From Candidatus Kapaibacterium sp. (lineage in GTDB: Bacteria; Bacteroidota; Ignavibacteria; Kapaibacteriales; Kapaibacteriaceae), in contig VFFB01000004.1 in the NCBI GenBank assembly GCA_018882585.1, forward strand, positions 5,175 through 69,174: 64,000 nt of DNA. Direction: 5' to 3'. A program made the position numbers and the translations under genes. Every line of letters starts with the position of its first letter. Within the stretch, counting starts at the first letter, position 1. Shown piece by piece: positions 36,594-45,178 of this stretch. Below the pieces are notes generated by a model, which did no database searches, was not told the origin of the DNA, and saw only the letters and a program-made list of their open reading frames with translations.

Positions 36594-38551
36594 ACTACGC
36601 AGCACTGATACCTCTGTTCCCGCTGATCGGCTTTTTGATCGTGGGCCTGTTTGGAAAACGCATCAACAGCGAGAAGCTGGTTGGCACCATTGCCAGCTCG
36701 GCCATCCTGATGTCGTTCATCACTGCCGTGGCAACCTTTATGGGGTTGCTTGGCATGCCGGCCGAGGAGCGGTCCTTCACCTCGACGCTCTACTCGTGGA
36801 TGGCCGCCGGATCGTTCAACGTGAACATTGCCTATCAGTTCGACCAGCTGTCGATCCTGTTCACGCTGATCATCACGGGCATCGGCTTCCTGATCCATGT
36901 GTACTCGGTAGGGTACATGCATGGCGATAAGAGCTTCTCGCGCTTCTTCGCCTACTTGAACCTGTTCGTGTTCATGATGTTGAATCTGGTGCTTGCCGAT
37001 AACTTCCTGCTGACGTTCCTTGGCTGGGAAGGTGTGGGTCTGGCATCGTATCTGCTGATCGGCTTCTGGTATGACCGTAAGTTCGACGGCTCGCATATCA
37101 CGTGGACAGGTGATGCTGCCAAGAAGGCCTTCATCGTGAATCGTATCGGCGACTTCGGCGTGCTTGCCGCCATGTTCATGCTGTTCAATCAATTCGGCAC
37201 GCTCGAATACGCCCAGATCAACAAGCTGGCTCCTGCGGTGTGGGGTGTCGGCGATACAGCCGTTACCATCATCACGCTGCTGCTGTTCCTTGGATGTACA
37301 GGTAAGAGCGCGCAGATACCGCTTGGCGTGTGGCTTCCGGATGCCATGGCGGGTCCGACGCCGGTCTCGGCCTTGATCCACGCCGCAACGATGGTGACGT
37401 CCGGTATCTTCCTCATCGCTCGCACGAACGTCCTGTTTGCACTGTCGCCCACGACCATGGCTGTCGTTGCAGGCATCGGTATCACGACGGCACTCTTTGC
37501 CGGCTTTGTGGGTCTTGTCCAGAATGACATCAAGAAGGTCCTGGCATACTCGACCGTTTCCCAGCTTGGCTTCATGTTCACGGCATTGGGCGTTGGCGCT
37601 TTCACGGCCGGCGTCTTCCACGTCATGACGCATGCCTTCTTCAAGGCTCTGCTCTTCCTTGGTTCGGGTTCGGTGATCCATGGCATGCACGAGGAGCAGG
37701 ACATTCAAAAGATGGGTGGACTCAAGAAGTATATGCCCATCACGTACCGCACCTTCCTTATCGGTACGCTCGCCATCTCGGGTATTCCGTTCCTGTCCGG
37801 TTTCTTCTCGAAGGACGAGATATTGTGGTTCGCCTTCCTGAATGGTAGTCCGGTCCTATGGGGCGTTGGTGTGGCTGCAGCCTTCACCACGGCCTTCTAC
37901 ATGTGGCGGCTGACGTCGTTGACCTTCGACGGCGAAGAGCGCTTCGACCATCATCATGTGCACCCGCATGAATCGCCCAAGACGATGACCATTCCGTTGA
38001 TCGTCCTGGCCGTCTTGTCGGTCTTCGGCGGTCTGCTGGGCGTACCGCATGTACTCGGCCATCCGCTGCATATTCCGAATCTGCTTGAGCACTGGCTTGA
38101 GCCGATCTTTGCCGTTGGCACGACCTACTTGCCCAAGCACACCGGCGATCACACCACGCTTGAGTTCCTGCTCATGGGTATCTCGACGGTTGTGGCCATC
38201 TCGGCCATCTTCCTTGCACGAAGTATCTACAGCAAGGGCACGGAGCGCGCTGCTGGCATCGCTGCCAAGTTCGGCGGTATCTACAAGCTGCTATGGAACA
38301 AGTACTGGGTCGACGAAGTGTATAACGGTGCCTTTGTTGCTCCGATTCTTGCTGCATCGCGTGACGTGCTTTGGAAGATCGTCGACGTCGTTGTCATCGA
38401 CGGCATCATCAACGGTTCGGCGCGTGCCGTTGGTGCCAGCGCCGGCGTCCTGCGTCGTATGCAGACCGGCGTGGCGCAGAACTACGCACTAATCATGATG
38501 GTGGGCATCGTTGCCTTCATCGGCATGGTGCTGTGGCCGCTGCTGCGCTAA
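36590..38551 (+). CDS. nuoL: NuoL-like proton-translocating antiporter subunit (complex I subunit L / MrpA family), not flanked by other nuo genes
   Basis: 653 aa. ATGA overlap with the amidotransferase stop. The Proton_antipo_M core is WLPDAMAGPTPVSALIHAATMVTSGIFLIAR. Its length and C-terminal helices fit NuoL. No nuoK, nuoM or other nuo genes are adjacent. Confidence 0.8.
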   Translation: MNYAALIPLFPLIGFLIVGLFGKRINSEKLVGTIASSAILMSFITAVATFMGLLGMPAEERSFTSTLYSWMAAGSFNVNIAYQFDQLSILFTLIITGIGFLIHVYSVGYMHGDKSFSRFFAYLNLFVFMMLNLVLADNFLLTFLGWEGVGLASYLLIGFWYDRKFDGSHITWTGDAAKKAFIVNRIGDFGVLAAMFMLFNQFGTLEYAQINKLAPAVWGVGDTAVTIITLLLFLGCTGKSAQIPLGVWLPDAMAGPTPVSALIHAATMVTSGIFLIARTNVLFALSPTTMAVVAGIGITTALFAGFVGLVQNDIKKVLAYSTVSQLGFMFTALGVGAFTAGVFHVMTHAFFKALLFLGSGSVIHGMHEEQDIQKMGGLKKYMPITYRTFLIGTLAISGIPFLSGFFSKDEILWFAFLNGSPVLWGVGVAAAFTTAFYMWRLTSLTFDGEERFDHHHVHPHESPKTMTIPLIVLAVLSVFGGLLGVPHVLGHPLHIPNLLEHWLEPIFAVGTTYLPKHTGDHTTLEFLLMGISTVVAISAIFLARSIYSKGTERAAGIAAKFGGIYKLLWNKYWVDEVYNGAFVAPILAASRDVLWKIVDVVVIDGIINGSARAVGASAGVLRRMQTGVAQNYALIMMVGIVAFIGMVLWPLLR

Positions 38552-38557
38552 CGGCGC

Positions 38558-39283
38558 ATGTGCTTCACGGTATCCATCTATGCCGGTACACACGTCATTG
38601 AAACAGACGTGGGAGCGGTGTTCGATGATGCGGAAGCCTACACTCCGTACTATCATGTCAATGGTTTCGTTCATCCTGAGCTTCCCATCATTGCCAATGA
38701 GCGTCCGGATGCCATCCAGATGATGTCATGGGGCCTTGTGCCACGGTGGACGAAGAACGCTGCGGCGGCAGATGAGATACGGACGAAGACACTGAATGCC
38801 CGAGCCGAAACGCTCTTTGAGAAGCCATCCTTCCGCGATGCTGCCGTCAAACGTCGGGCCCTGCTACCAGTGAACGGCTTTGTTGAGTGGCGTCATGACG
38901 GTGCCATCAAGCAGCCCTACCTTGTGCGTTCGCGCGATGGACACCTGCTCACGCTTGGCTGTGTCTGGGAGGAATGGACATGTCGCGGAACCGGCGAGGT
39001 TCGCCGGACGTTCTCTATCATCACTACCGAAGCAAATGCTCTCCTTTCGTGGGTGCATAATGCCAAACAGCGTATGCCGGTGATCATTCCAACATCGGCT
39101 CGCGCGGCATGGTTGGCCGATGCCGACCGGCACGATGTGATGACGCTGATGCGGCCGCTTCATGATGGACATATCGAAGCCGCACCGCTCGACAGAGCAG
39201 TCTCTCGTATCAAGGTCAACACCGATCATCCAGAACTGCTTACACCAACTGGTCCGGCTCTTGACGAAGCTCCCGACGCATGA
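38558..39283 (+). CDS. SOS-response-associated peptidase (SRAP/YedK, abasic-site DNA-protein crosslink) family protein
   Basis: The N-terminus MC... supplies the catalytic Cys2. Other matches are NARAETLFEKPSFRDA, RRALLPVNGFVEWR and FSIITTEANALLSWVHN...RMPVII. Confidence 0.8.
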   Translation: MCFTVSIYAGTHVIETDVGAVFDDAEAYTPYYHVNGFVHPELPIIANERPDAIQMMSWGLVPRWTKNAAAADEIRTKTLNARAETLFEKPSFRDAAVKRRALLPVNGFVEWRHDGAIKQPYLVRSRDGHLLTLGCVWEEWTCRGTGEVRRTFSIITTEANALLSWVHNAKQRMPVIIPTSARAAWLADADRHDVMTLMRPLHDGHIEAAPLDRAVSRIKVNTDHPELLTPTGPALDEAPDA

Positions 39284-39774
39284 TCCGTTCATTGTTGCTC
39301 ATCCTGGCGTTATGCCTTGCCCCTTTCCAACAGATGGCGGGCGTGCCGGTGGCGAAACTTCGGGATCTTGAGCAGCGGTATGCGAATGGCGGTGACACAA
39401 CGTATGTGGTGAATCTGTGGGCGACGTGGTGCAAACCCTGCGTGGCCGAACTGCCCTGGTTTGAAAAACTGCATCGTGATGACGGCGCCCTAGGTCCGAT
39501 CAAGGTACTATTGGTGACTCTTGACGCGCCGAACACGATCGAGAGTGTCGAGCGATTCATTGAGCGAAAGGGCCTTACGGCCGAAGTAGTTGTGCTGGAC
39601 GAAGGCAAGCCGCACAAATGGATCGATCGGGTGGATACCACCTGGAGCGGGTCGATCCCGGCCACGTTGCTTGTGCGCAAGAATGGCACGACGCGAGCAT
39701 TCTACGAACGGGAATTCACGTACGACGAACTGCGAACAACGATCTCAACATTTTTATGGACGACACCAAGATGA
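39280..39774 (+). CDS. TlpA-like periplasmic thiol:disulfide oxidoreductase
   Basis: ATGA overlap with the SRAP gene. Signal peptide present. The thioredoxin CxxC sits in VVNLWATWCKPCVAELPWF. Confidence 0.8.
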   Translation: MIRSLLLILALCLAPFQQMAGVPVAKLRDLEQRYANGGDTTYVVNLWATWCKPCVAELPWFEKLHRDDGALGPIKVLLVTLDAPNTIESVERFIERKGLTAEVVVLDEGKPHKWIDRVDTTWSGSIPATLLVRKNGTTRAFYEREFTYDELRTTISTFLWTTPR

Positions 39775-40391
39775 TCCGAGCAATTCTGACGGCGACATGT
39801 GCCGTGCTGATCAGCGTGATGACGATGTCGGCTTCCGACCTGCCCGACGGTGTGAAGGTAGGTGACGTTGCTCCCAACTTCGTGCTCAAGGGAACGGACG
39901 GGAAGTCGTACTCGCTCGCCTCGCTGCAGGACATGAAAGGCGCCATCATCGTCTTCACATGCAACCACTGCCCGTATTCGGTCAAGTACGAGGACCGCAT
40001 CATTGCGCTGCATGCAAAGTATCTGCCGTTGGGCTATCCCGTCATTGCCATCAATCCCAACGACACGGTCATCGTACCCGAGGATTCCTACGACAAGATG
40101 ATCGAGCGAGCCAAGGAAAAAGGATTTACCTTTCCATATCTGATCGACCCGACGCAGGAGACGGCTAAGGCCTATGGCGCACGCCGCACGCCACACGTCT
40201 TTGTGATCAGCAAAGTCAAGAAGAATTATATCGTTCAGTACATCGGTGCCATCGACGACGAGCCGCAGGATGCTGCAAAGGCCGAGGAAAAGTTCGTCGA
40301 ATCCGCCATCGATAATCTCATCGCCGGAAAGCCGGTGGAGCCATCATTTACAAAAGCTATCGGTTGCACGATCAAGTGGACCAAGAAGTAA
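39771..40391 (+). CDS. Thioredoxin-fold (AhpC/TSA-redoxin-like) secreted protein
   Basis: ATG 39771 overlaps the upstream stop (ATGA); the track ORF starts at 39618 inside the previous gene. Signal peptide MIRAILTATCAVLISVMTMSA. Other matches are VGDVAPNFVLKGTDGKSYSL and IIVFTCNHCPYS (CxxC). Confidence 0.8.
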   Translation: MIRAILTATCAVLISVMTMSASDLPDGVKVGDVAPNFVLKGTDGKSYSLASLQDMKGAIIVFTCNHCPYSVKYEDRIIALHAKYLPLGYPVIAINPNDTVIVPEDSYDKMIERAKEKGFTFPYLIDPTQETAKAYGARRTPHVFVISKVKKNYIVQYIGAIDDEPQDAAKAEEKFVESAIDNLIAGKPVEPSFTKAIGCTIKWTKK

Positions 40392-40393
40392 CC

Positions 40394-42217
40394 ATGTCCG
40401 GAACCCTGCACATCATCACCACCCCGTTTTCGGCCGATCCTGACGCCCTTGCCGCAACACGAGCCTTGTTGGCCTATGCCGACGATATCGTTTGCTGTGA
40501 TGCGGCGGAAGGGGCAAGGCTGCTTCATTCCATCGATGTGGCCTCGCCGGTTACGCCGCTTGATGCCCGCATGCCCGTGGCCGAGGTAGCTGCTATCGTC
40601 AATGCGTTGCACGGCGGACACGTTGTTGCGGCATTGCTGCGCAGCGACGTTGCCGAAGATGTCGCTGCAATACAAGAGCTGTCCGATATCTGTACGACCG
40701 AAGGAATAACCGTACGTCAGGAGCAGACGCCCCAAGCCACGGCAGATTCCGCAACGTCGAAGCCTCCGGCCAAGAAGCGCCGCACAGCGACGAAGAAAGC
40801 TGCCTCAGCACCCGTTGTTGAGGAAACGCCCGTCGTTGAAGCCCCGGCTCCTCCGGCTCGGAAGCGTGCAACGCGCAAGAAGGCCGTTGCCACTGCCGAG
40901 CCTATCGCAGAGGAAGTTGTGGCGGCTGTCGTCGAAGCAGCTGCCGAGACTCCGGAAGCACCGAAATCCGAAACGACGGAACCTCAGAAGCCCAAGCGTA
41001 CGCGTACGACAGCAGCGAAAAAACCAGCGAAACAATCAGTTGCTGCCGTTGTACCAACAACACCGGACGTCGTTGATGACGTCGTTCCACAAGAACCCAC
41101 AGACATCGTTGTTGCGACAGCTGCAGCAGCGAAGACTGATGCTGGCGACGTTGTTTCCGCATCTGAACCTGCAGCGGATGAGCGTCGAGAGCGCCGCGCT
41201 GATCATCGACGTCGTGACGACGGTCGCGGCCGCCGAGGTCGCGGTGATCGGCAACATGGCAGAGACGACCGTCGTGAGGTCCGTGGAGACGACCGTCGTG
41301 AGGTCCGTGGAGACGACCGTCGTGAGGTCCGTGGAGACGACCGTCGTGAGGTCCGTGGAGACGACCGCGGTATCGCCCGTCAGGGTGAACGCCCCGAGCG
41401 GCGCGCTGATGACGGTGGCAGGCGCGACGATCGACCGCGAAGCCGGCGGGATCGTCATGATCGACGGGATCGCAGGGGCCCCCGCGACCGTTTCAGCGGG
41501 CCGGACCGTCGTGAGCGGCAGTCACAGCAGCCGCAACAGCCGCGACAACAACAACAGCCGCGACAGCAGCAGCAACGTCCGCCCGTTTCCTACGACGAGC
41601 AACAGCCCATGTCGAACGATACGATGTTCGGCTACCAGACCGGCCGTCGACGCGATACGCCGCGGCGAGGTGCCAAGCCAGGATTTAGCGGTCAAGCATC
41701 ATATGGTGACCAGCCGCCACGACGTCGCGACAGGAACGACCGTAGCCGCGGCGGACGCCGCGACGGGTGGGAGGGCGGACAGGCGCGACAGCCACAAGGC
41801 AGGCAGCAGGGAGTATCGTACGACGAAGTTCAGCCGCGCACAAGCGACGGTCTGACGGCTGCGGCGCGCCCACCCCGCTCACGCGGAGGAGGAGGAGCAC
41901 AGCGCCGTGGACCGCGCGGAGCTGCGGGACGCGACGGACAAGCCGGTGGCGGTCAGCGCGGAGGTCAACGCGGCGGACAACGTGGAGGACAACGCGGAGG
42001 CCAAGCGGGTGCTCAGCGCGGCGGCCGCGGACAACAGGCCCGTGGTAAAGGCCGCGGCAAGGGCATCGGCATGGTCACGAAGAAGCGCGATGATAGTACG
42101 GAACGTCGCAGCAAGGTGTACACGTCCCAGATGTTTATCTACAAAGAAAATCTTGACGAACGGAAACCAAAAGAACGTACCCTTCGTACAAGGCGCAAAA
42201 CTTCATCAGACGAATAG
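40394..42217 (+). CDS. 607-aa protein: ~110-aa RsmI-like (tetrapyrrole-methylase N-subdomain) fragment fused to a ~500-aa intrinsically disordered Lys/Ala/Pro-, Arg/Asp-, Gln- and RGG-rich region
   Basis: ATG 40394 lies 2 nt after the upstream stop. The N-terminus MSGTLHIITTPF...DDIVCCDAAEG...GHVVAALLRSDVAEDV...EGITV is collinear with the first half of 16S rRNA methyltransferase RsmI (GxLYIVPTPIGN...AAEDTR...). It is followed by KKRRTATKKAASAP/ARKRATRKKA/KPKRTRTTAAKKPAKQ, four copies of DDRREVRG, QQPRQQQQPRQQQQ and GGQRGGQRGGQRGGQRGGQ...GKGRGKG. Confidence 0.75.
   Translation: MSGTLHIITTPFSADPDALAATRALLAYADDIVCCDAAEGARLLHSIDVASPVTPLDARMPVAEVAAIVNALHGGHVVAALLRSDVAEDVAAIQELSDICTTEGITVRQEQTPQATADSATSKPPAKKRRTATKKAASAPVVEETPVVEAPAPPARKRATRKKAVATAEPIAEEVVAAVVEAAAETPEAPKSETTEPQKPKRTRTTAAKKPAKQSVAAVVPTTPDVVDDVVPQEPTDIVVATAAAAKTDAGDVVSASEPAADERRERRADHRRRDDGRGRRGRGDRQHGRDDRREVRGDDRREVRGDDRREVRGDDRREVRGDDRGIARQGERPERRADDGGRRDDRPRSRRDRHDRRDRRGPRDRFSGPDRRERQSQQPQQPRQQQQPRQQQQRPPVSYDEQQPMSNDTMFGYQTGRRRDTPRRGAKPGFSGQASYGDQPPRRRDRNDRSRGGRRDGWEGGQARQPQGRQQGVSYDEVQPRTSDGLTAAARPPRSRGGGGAQRRGPRGAAGRDGQAGGGQRGGQRGGQRGGQRGGQAGAQRGGRGQQARGKGRGKGIGMVTKKRDDSTERRSKVYTSQMFIYKENLDERKPKERTLRTRRKTSSDE
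41264..41359 (+). repeat. Perfect 24-bp tandem repeat x4 (encodes DDRREVRG)
   Basis: gacgaccgtcgtgaggtccgtgga occurs four times head-to-tail without a substitution, followed by a partial fifth copy (gacgaccgcgg). It is in frame in the disordered-protein gene. Confidence 0.95.
41945..42064 (+). repeat. RGG/GAR-box-like coding repeat (GGQR)n
   Basis: Encodes GGGQRGGQRGGQRGGQRGGQAGAQRGGRGQQARGKGRGKG. The 12-bp units differ by synonymous changes. Confidence 0.9.
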
Positions 42218-42227
42218 GAGGCTCGAT

Positions 42228-43157
42228 ATGCGCAAGACCCTGCATGACGTTTCGCTCATGCTACTGCTGCTTGGTATCGTGACGGTCGGTACGACTGTGA
42301 CAACAAGCGCTCAGACGTCCGACTCTGCAAATGCACGTCGTGATACAACGATTGTGACGATCGGGTCAGATACGTCGAAAACAGCGGCGTGGCTGCTCGA
42401 TCTCTTTTCCGAGACCGGTGTCTCTACAAGCCAGCCGTACGTCATGCTCTGGGGTGGCCAGTCCATGATAAGTCGGACCGGACTGGAAGCCGATGTCGAG
42501 CCGGTCATCTCGGCAGGTGTATCATTTGGCACCGAGACAGCGAAGTCGATTCCCGGCGGAGTTCGTCGCTGCAGCCGTGACGGCCTTTACCTGTGGACGG
42601 GCCTGACGCCGGATTCATCCGCAACACAGAAGGCAACACTCGGCGTGTGGCGATTCGGCTTCGAGGAGATCGTTGCTTGGGGCTATGCAAGCGAGGAGTC
42701 CGCCTCGGGTGTGTACTTCATCCACGGCACTAACAACGGCTGGTCCATCCTTGATGTGACACGTGCACCTGCCCAGCCTGAGGAACAGTATCTGACCGAT
42801 TTCGGCTCGGCCATGCGATATGGCGAAACCATGCGTGCCGGCATTGATGTCCGTTTCGGCGCCGTGTCCATCAACGCTGCATACACCTGGGACCAGATCT
42901 ACACGCGTCATCTGTTCTGGAAGCAGGCCGGATCAAGTCTTCTCGAGGGCGTTGCCGACGTTCTCGTCGTCGCCTTCGTCAAAGCCGTCGGCAAGAGCTC
43001 GCCCAAGGCCGTTCCCATCATGCATTTCCTGATGCGCAATGGCCTGGCGTATGGCTTCAAGTCGTTGCGTGCCAAGAACATGACATGGCCCTTTGGCGCG
43101 GACACATCGCCGCTGAACATCCAGACGTATAGCGTGGGCCTGACCGTAAGCTTTTGA
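42228..43157 (+). CDS. Secreted protein of unknown function, probable outer-membrane beta-barrel
   Basis: ATG 42228 lies 8 nt after AGGAGG; the track ORF 41907.. is an in-frame upstream extension through the previous gene. Signal peptide ...GTTVTTSAQ. It shows alternating amphipathic strands and a C-terminal aromatic residue (...YSVGLTVSF). Confidence 0.65.
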   Translation: MRKTLHDVSLMLLLLGIVTVGTTVTTSAQTSDSANARRDTTIVTIGSDTSKTAAWLLDLFSETGVSTSQPYVMLWGGQSMISRTGLEADVEPVISAGVSFGTETAKSIPGGVRRCSRDGLYLWTGLTPDSSATQKATLGVWRFGFEEIVAWGYASEESASGVYFIHGTNNGWSILDVTRAPAQPEEQYLTDFGSAMRYGETMRAGIDVRFGAVSINAAYTWDQIYTRHLFWKQAGSSLLEGVADVLVVAFVKAVGKSSPKAVPIMHFLMRNGLAYGFKSLRAKNMTWPFGADTSPLNIQTYSVGLTVSF

Positions 43158-43263
43158 CGGAAGGCGTTGACGCGATGGAATAGCAGGACAGGATAGACAA
43201 GATGGGCACGCCGCGTGGTCCTCTTTCGGGCTCTCGCCGTGTCCATCTCGTTCATTTGTGCAT

Positions 43264-44487
43264 CTACTCCAGCACTGTGGCCAATAGGTCGTCCAACGTC
43301 TCCCGCCTACGGATGAGACGCGCCTCGCCGTTGCGCACAAGTACTTCCGGCGGTCGTAGCCGCGAATTGTAATTCGATGCCATCGTGAAGCCATAGGCAC
43401 CGGCATTCAGAAATGCCAGTACGTCGCCCTCGTGAACCTCAGCAAGTTTACGATCCCATCCAAACGTGTCCGTCTCGCAGATGTAGCCCACAACAGTATA
43501 GATGCGTGGGGTGCCGGAGGGGGCAGTGACGTTCACGATGTGATGGTAGGCGTTGTAAAGCATGGGACGGATCAAGTGGTTCAGACCGGCGTCGATGCCG
43601 GCGAAGACCGTTGCCGTGGTCTGCTTCAGGACGTTGACTCTGGCAAGAAAGACACCGGCTCCGCTCACAAGGAACTTCCCGGGTTCGAACCATACGGTCA
43701 CCGGCTGGCCTCGACCTTCGTTGAACGCGCGGATACGCGCGGCCAGCTTTGCCCCTAACTCTTCGACATCGGTGCTGATGTCATCGGGTTTGTAGGGAAC
43801 CTTGAAGCCGCTGCCGAAGTCAAGGAAGGTGACCGTGGGAAAGAGCTCGGCTGTTTCGAGAAGGATCTCGGCACCTTGCAGAAAAACGTCGGCGTCAAGA
43901 ATATCCGATCCGGTATGCATGTGCAGACCGTTGATGTGGATGCCTGCCGAGGCAACGATGCGTTGCACATGCCGCAACTGGTGGATAGAGATCCCGAACT
44001 TGCTGTCGATATGCCCCGTGCTGATACGCTCGTTACCACCCGCCATGATGTGCGGATTCAGGCGAAGGCATACGGGGACGCTCGCGCCATACTCATGGCC
44101 GAATTGCTCCAGCACGCTGATGGTGTCGATGTTGATGTGTACACCGTAGGCAACAGCCCGACGGATCTCGTCAAAGCTCACCATATTCGGTGTGAAGAGG
44201 ATATCGGTCGGTGCGAACCCTGTGCGCAGACCCAATTCGACCTCTTGGATGGATACGGCGTCAAGGCCGGCGCCAAGCTCCCGCATCAACTTCAGGATTG
44301 CCGGATTGGAAAGCGCTTTACAGGCATACTTGATACGCGTTGGCATGTCGGCGAAGGCCGAGGTAAGACGCTCGTACTGACGCGTGATAATATCGGCATC
44401 ATAGACGTAGGCGGGTGTGCCGGCAAGAGCGATAATGTCTTCGACCGGGACACCGCCGATGTGGTAGCGTCCGTTGACGAGTTCCAT
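43264..44487 (-). CDS. lysA: Diaminopimelate decarboxylase
   Basis: 407 aa. Fold-type III PLP decarboxylase. Matches include GTPAYVYD, YACKALSN, the HxHxGS-type MHTGSDI, and CETDTFG/GAYGFTMASNYNSRLRP. Confidence 0.9.
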   Translation of the reverse strand: MELVNGRYHIGGVPVEDIIALAGTPAYVYDADIITRQYERLTSAFADMPTRIKYACKALSNPAILKLMRELGAGLDAVSIQEVELGLRTGFAPTDILFTPNMVSFDEIRRAVAYGVHINIDTISVLEQFGHEYGASVPVCLRLNPHIMAGGNERISTGHIDSKFGISIHQLRHVQRIVASAGIHINGLHMHTGSDILDADVFLQGAEILLETAELFPTVTFLDFGSGFKVPYKPDDISTDVEELGAKLAARIRAFNEGRGQPVTVWFEPGKFLVSGAGVFLARVNVLKQTTATVFAGIDAGLNHLIRPMLYNAYHHIVNVTAPSGTPRIYTVVGYICETDTFGWDRKLAEVHEGDVLAFLNAGAYGFTMASNYNSRLRPPEVLVRNGEARLIRRRETLDDLLATVLE

Positions 44488-44504
44488 GGCGATACTGGAA
44501 ATGG

Positions 44505-44870
44505 TTACGAAAGAGGCGTTGACCGCTGTTTGTAACGATCGATCTCGGCGGCAAGGCGTTTAATGACCATGCCAACGATCAGCGTATCATCAACATAGCC
44601 GACCACGGGGATGAAGTCCGGCATAGCATCCGTCGGCAATACGAAATACAGCAACGCACCAAGGATGATGCCGCGTGATGCCCACGACATGTGAAAGGAT
44701 GTGTCGCGCAGCATGCGGAACAGCAGGCGGATGTTATGGATGAGCGTGCTGGCAGCATGCAGGCCCTTGGCATTGCCGAGTTTGGCCTCGGCTGAAGCCA
44801 GGATACGATGCTCATCTTCCGGTCGAACCGACGATGTCAACTCGGCGAACGACCGCTCGGCTGCCTTCAT
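44505..44870 (-). CDS. DUF1232 (YkvA-like) membrane protein
   Basis: Start taken at ATG 44870, which overlaps the upstream gene stop (ATGA); the track start is 44918. The DUF1232 signature is LPTDAMPDFIPVVGYVDD. Confidence 0.75.
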   Translation of the reverse strand: MKAAERSFAELTSSVRPEDEHRILASAEAKLGNAKGLHAASTLIHNIRLLFRMLRDTSFHMSWASRGIILGALLYFVLPTDAMPDFIPVVGYVDDTLIVGMVIKRLAAEIDRYKQRSTPLS

Positions 44871-45115
44871 TGCGGGTTCTTGGAGCCACGCATGATCGCC
44901 CAGGGCACGACCACGCAATAGCCGACAACCAGGACAACCGGAGCAACGTCCAGTGCAAGAGGATTATCCCACGACGTCAGATTTCCGACATATAGCAGGA
45001 CGAAGCCCACAACGATGACGGCGACGCCAATACCAAGACCGATGAAGTTGGAAGAATCCCATGGAAACGTCCACGAGACCTTCTGCGACGAAGAGCGAAA
45101 CGATGATTTTGCCAT
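44867..45115 (-). CDS. Small two-helix membrane protein (DUF3098-like)
   Basis: 82 aa from ATG 45115 (MAKSSFRSS...). There are two hydrophobic helices (FIGLGIGVAVIVVGFVLLYVG; VAPVVLVVGYCVVVPWAIM), an architecture typical of Bacteroidetes DUF3098. The family call is tentative. Confidence 0.5.
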   Translation of the reverse strand: MAKSSFRSSSQKVSWTFPWDSSNFIGLGIGVAVIVVGFVLLYVGNLTSWDNPLALDVAPVVLVVGYCVVVPWAIMRGSKNPQ

Positions 45116-45178
45116 GCGGCAATCTACGAATTGATTCGGCGTGATGCGAGAGTGTACCACCCGAATCATGCGCGACAT

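Noticed and set aside
36590-38551. The orphan NuoL-like gene as DabB of a DAB CO2-uptake pair
   Set aside because: No DabA (DUF2309) gene is adjacent, and the 653-aa length with the long C-terminal helix region fits NuoL rather than the shorter DabB.
40815-41855. 346-aa alternative-frame ORF inside the disordered-protein gene
   Set aside because: It is stop-free only because the region is repetitive and GC-rich. It has no plausible start context, whereas the 40394 frame follows directly (2 nt) from the upstream stop and begins with a folded RsmI-like domain.
41907-42227. Upstream extension of the 42228..43157 ORF (the track lists 416 aa from 41907)
   Set aside because: The extension overlaps the RGG-box region of the previous gene in another frame. 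ATG 42228 has an AGGAGG 8 nt upstream and is immediately followed by a signal peptide.
43158-43263. Imperfect hairpin (GATGGGCACG ... CGTGTCCATC) between the converging OM-barrel gene and lysA, considered as a bidirectional terminator
   Set aside because: The stem is 10 bp with a mismatch, the loop is 27 nt and there is no U-tract. This is too weak to call. Similarly, the converging pairs at 34587/34589 and 51331/51344 leave 1 and 12 nt, with no room for a hairpin.
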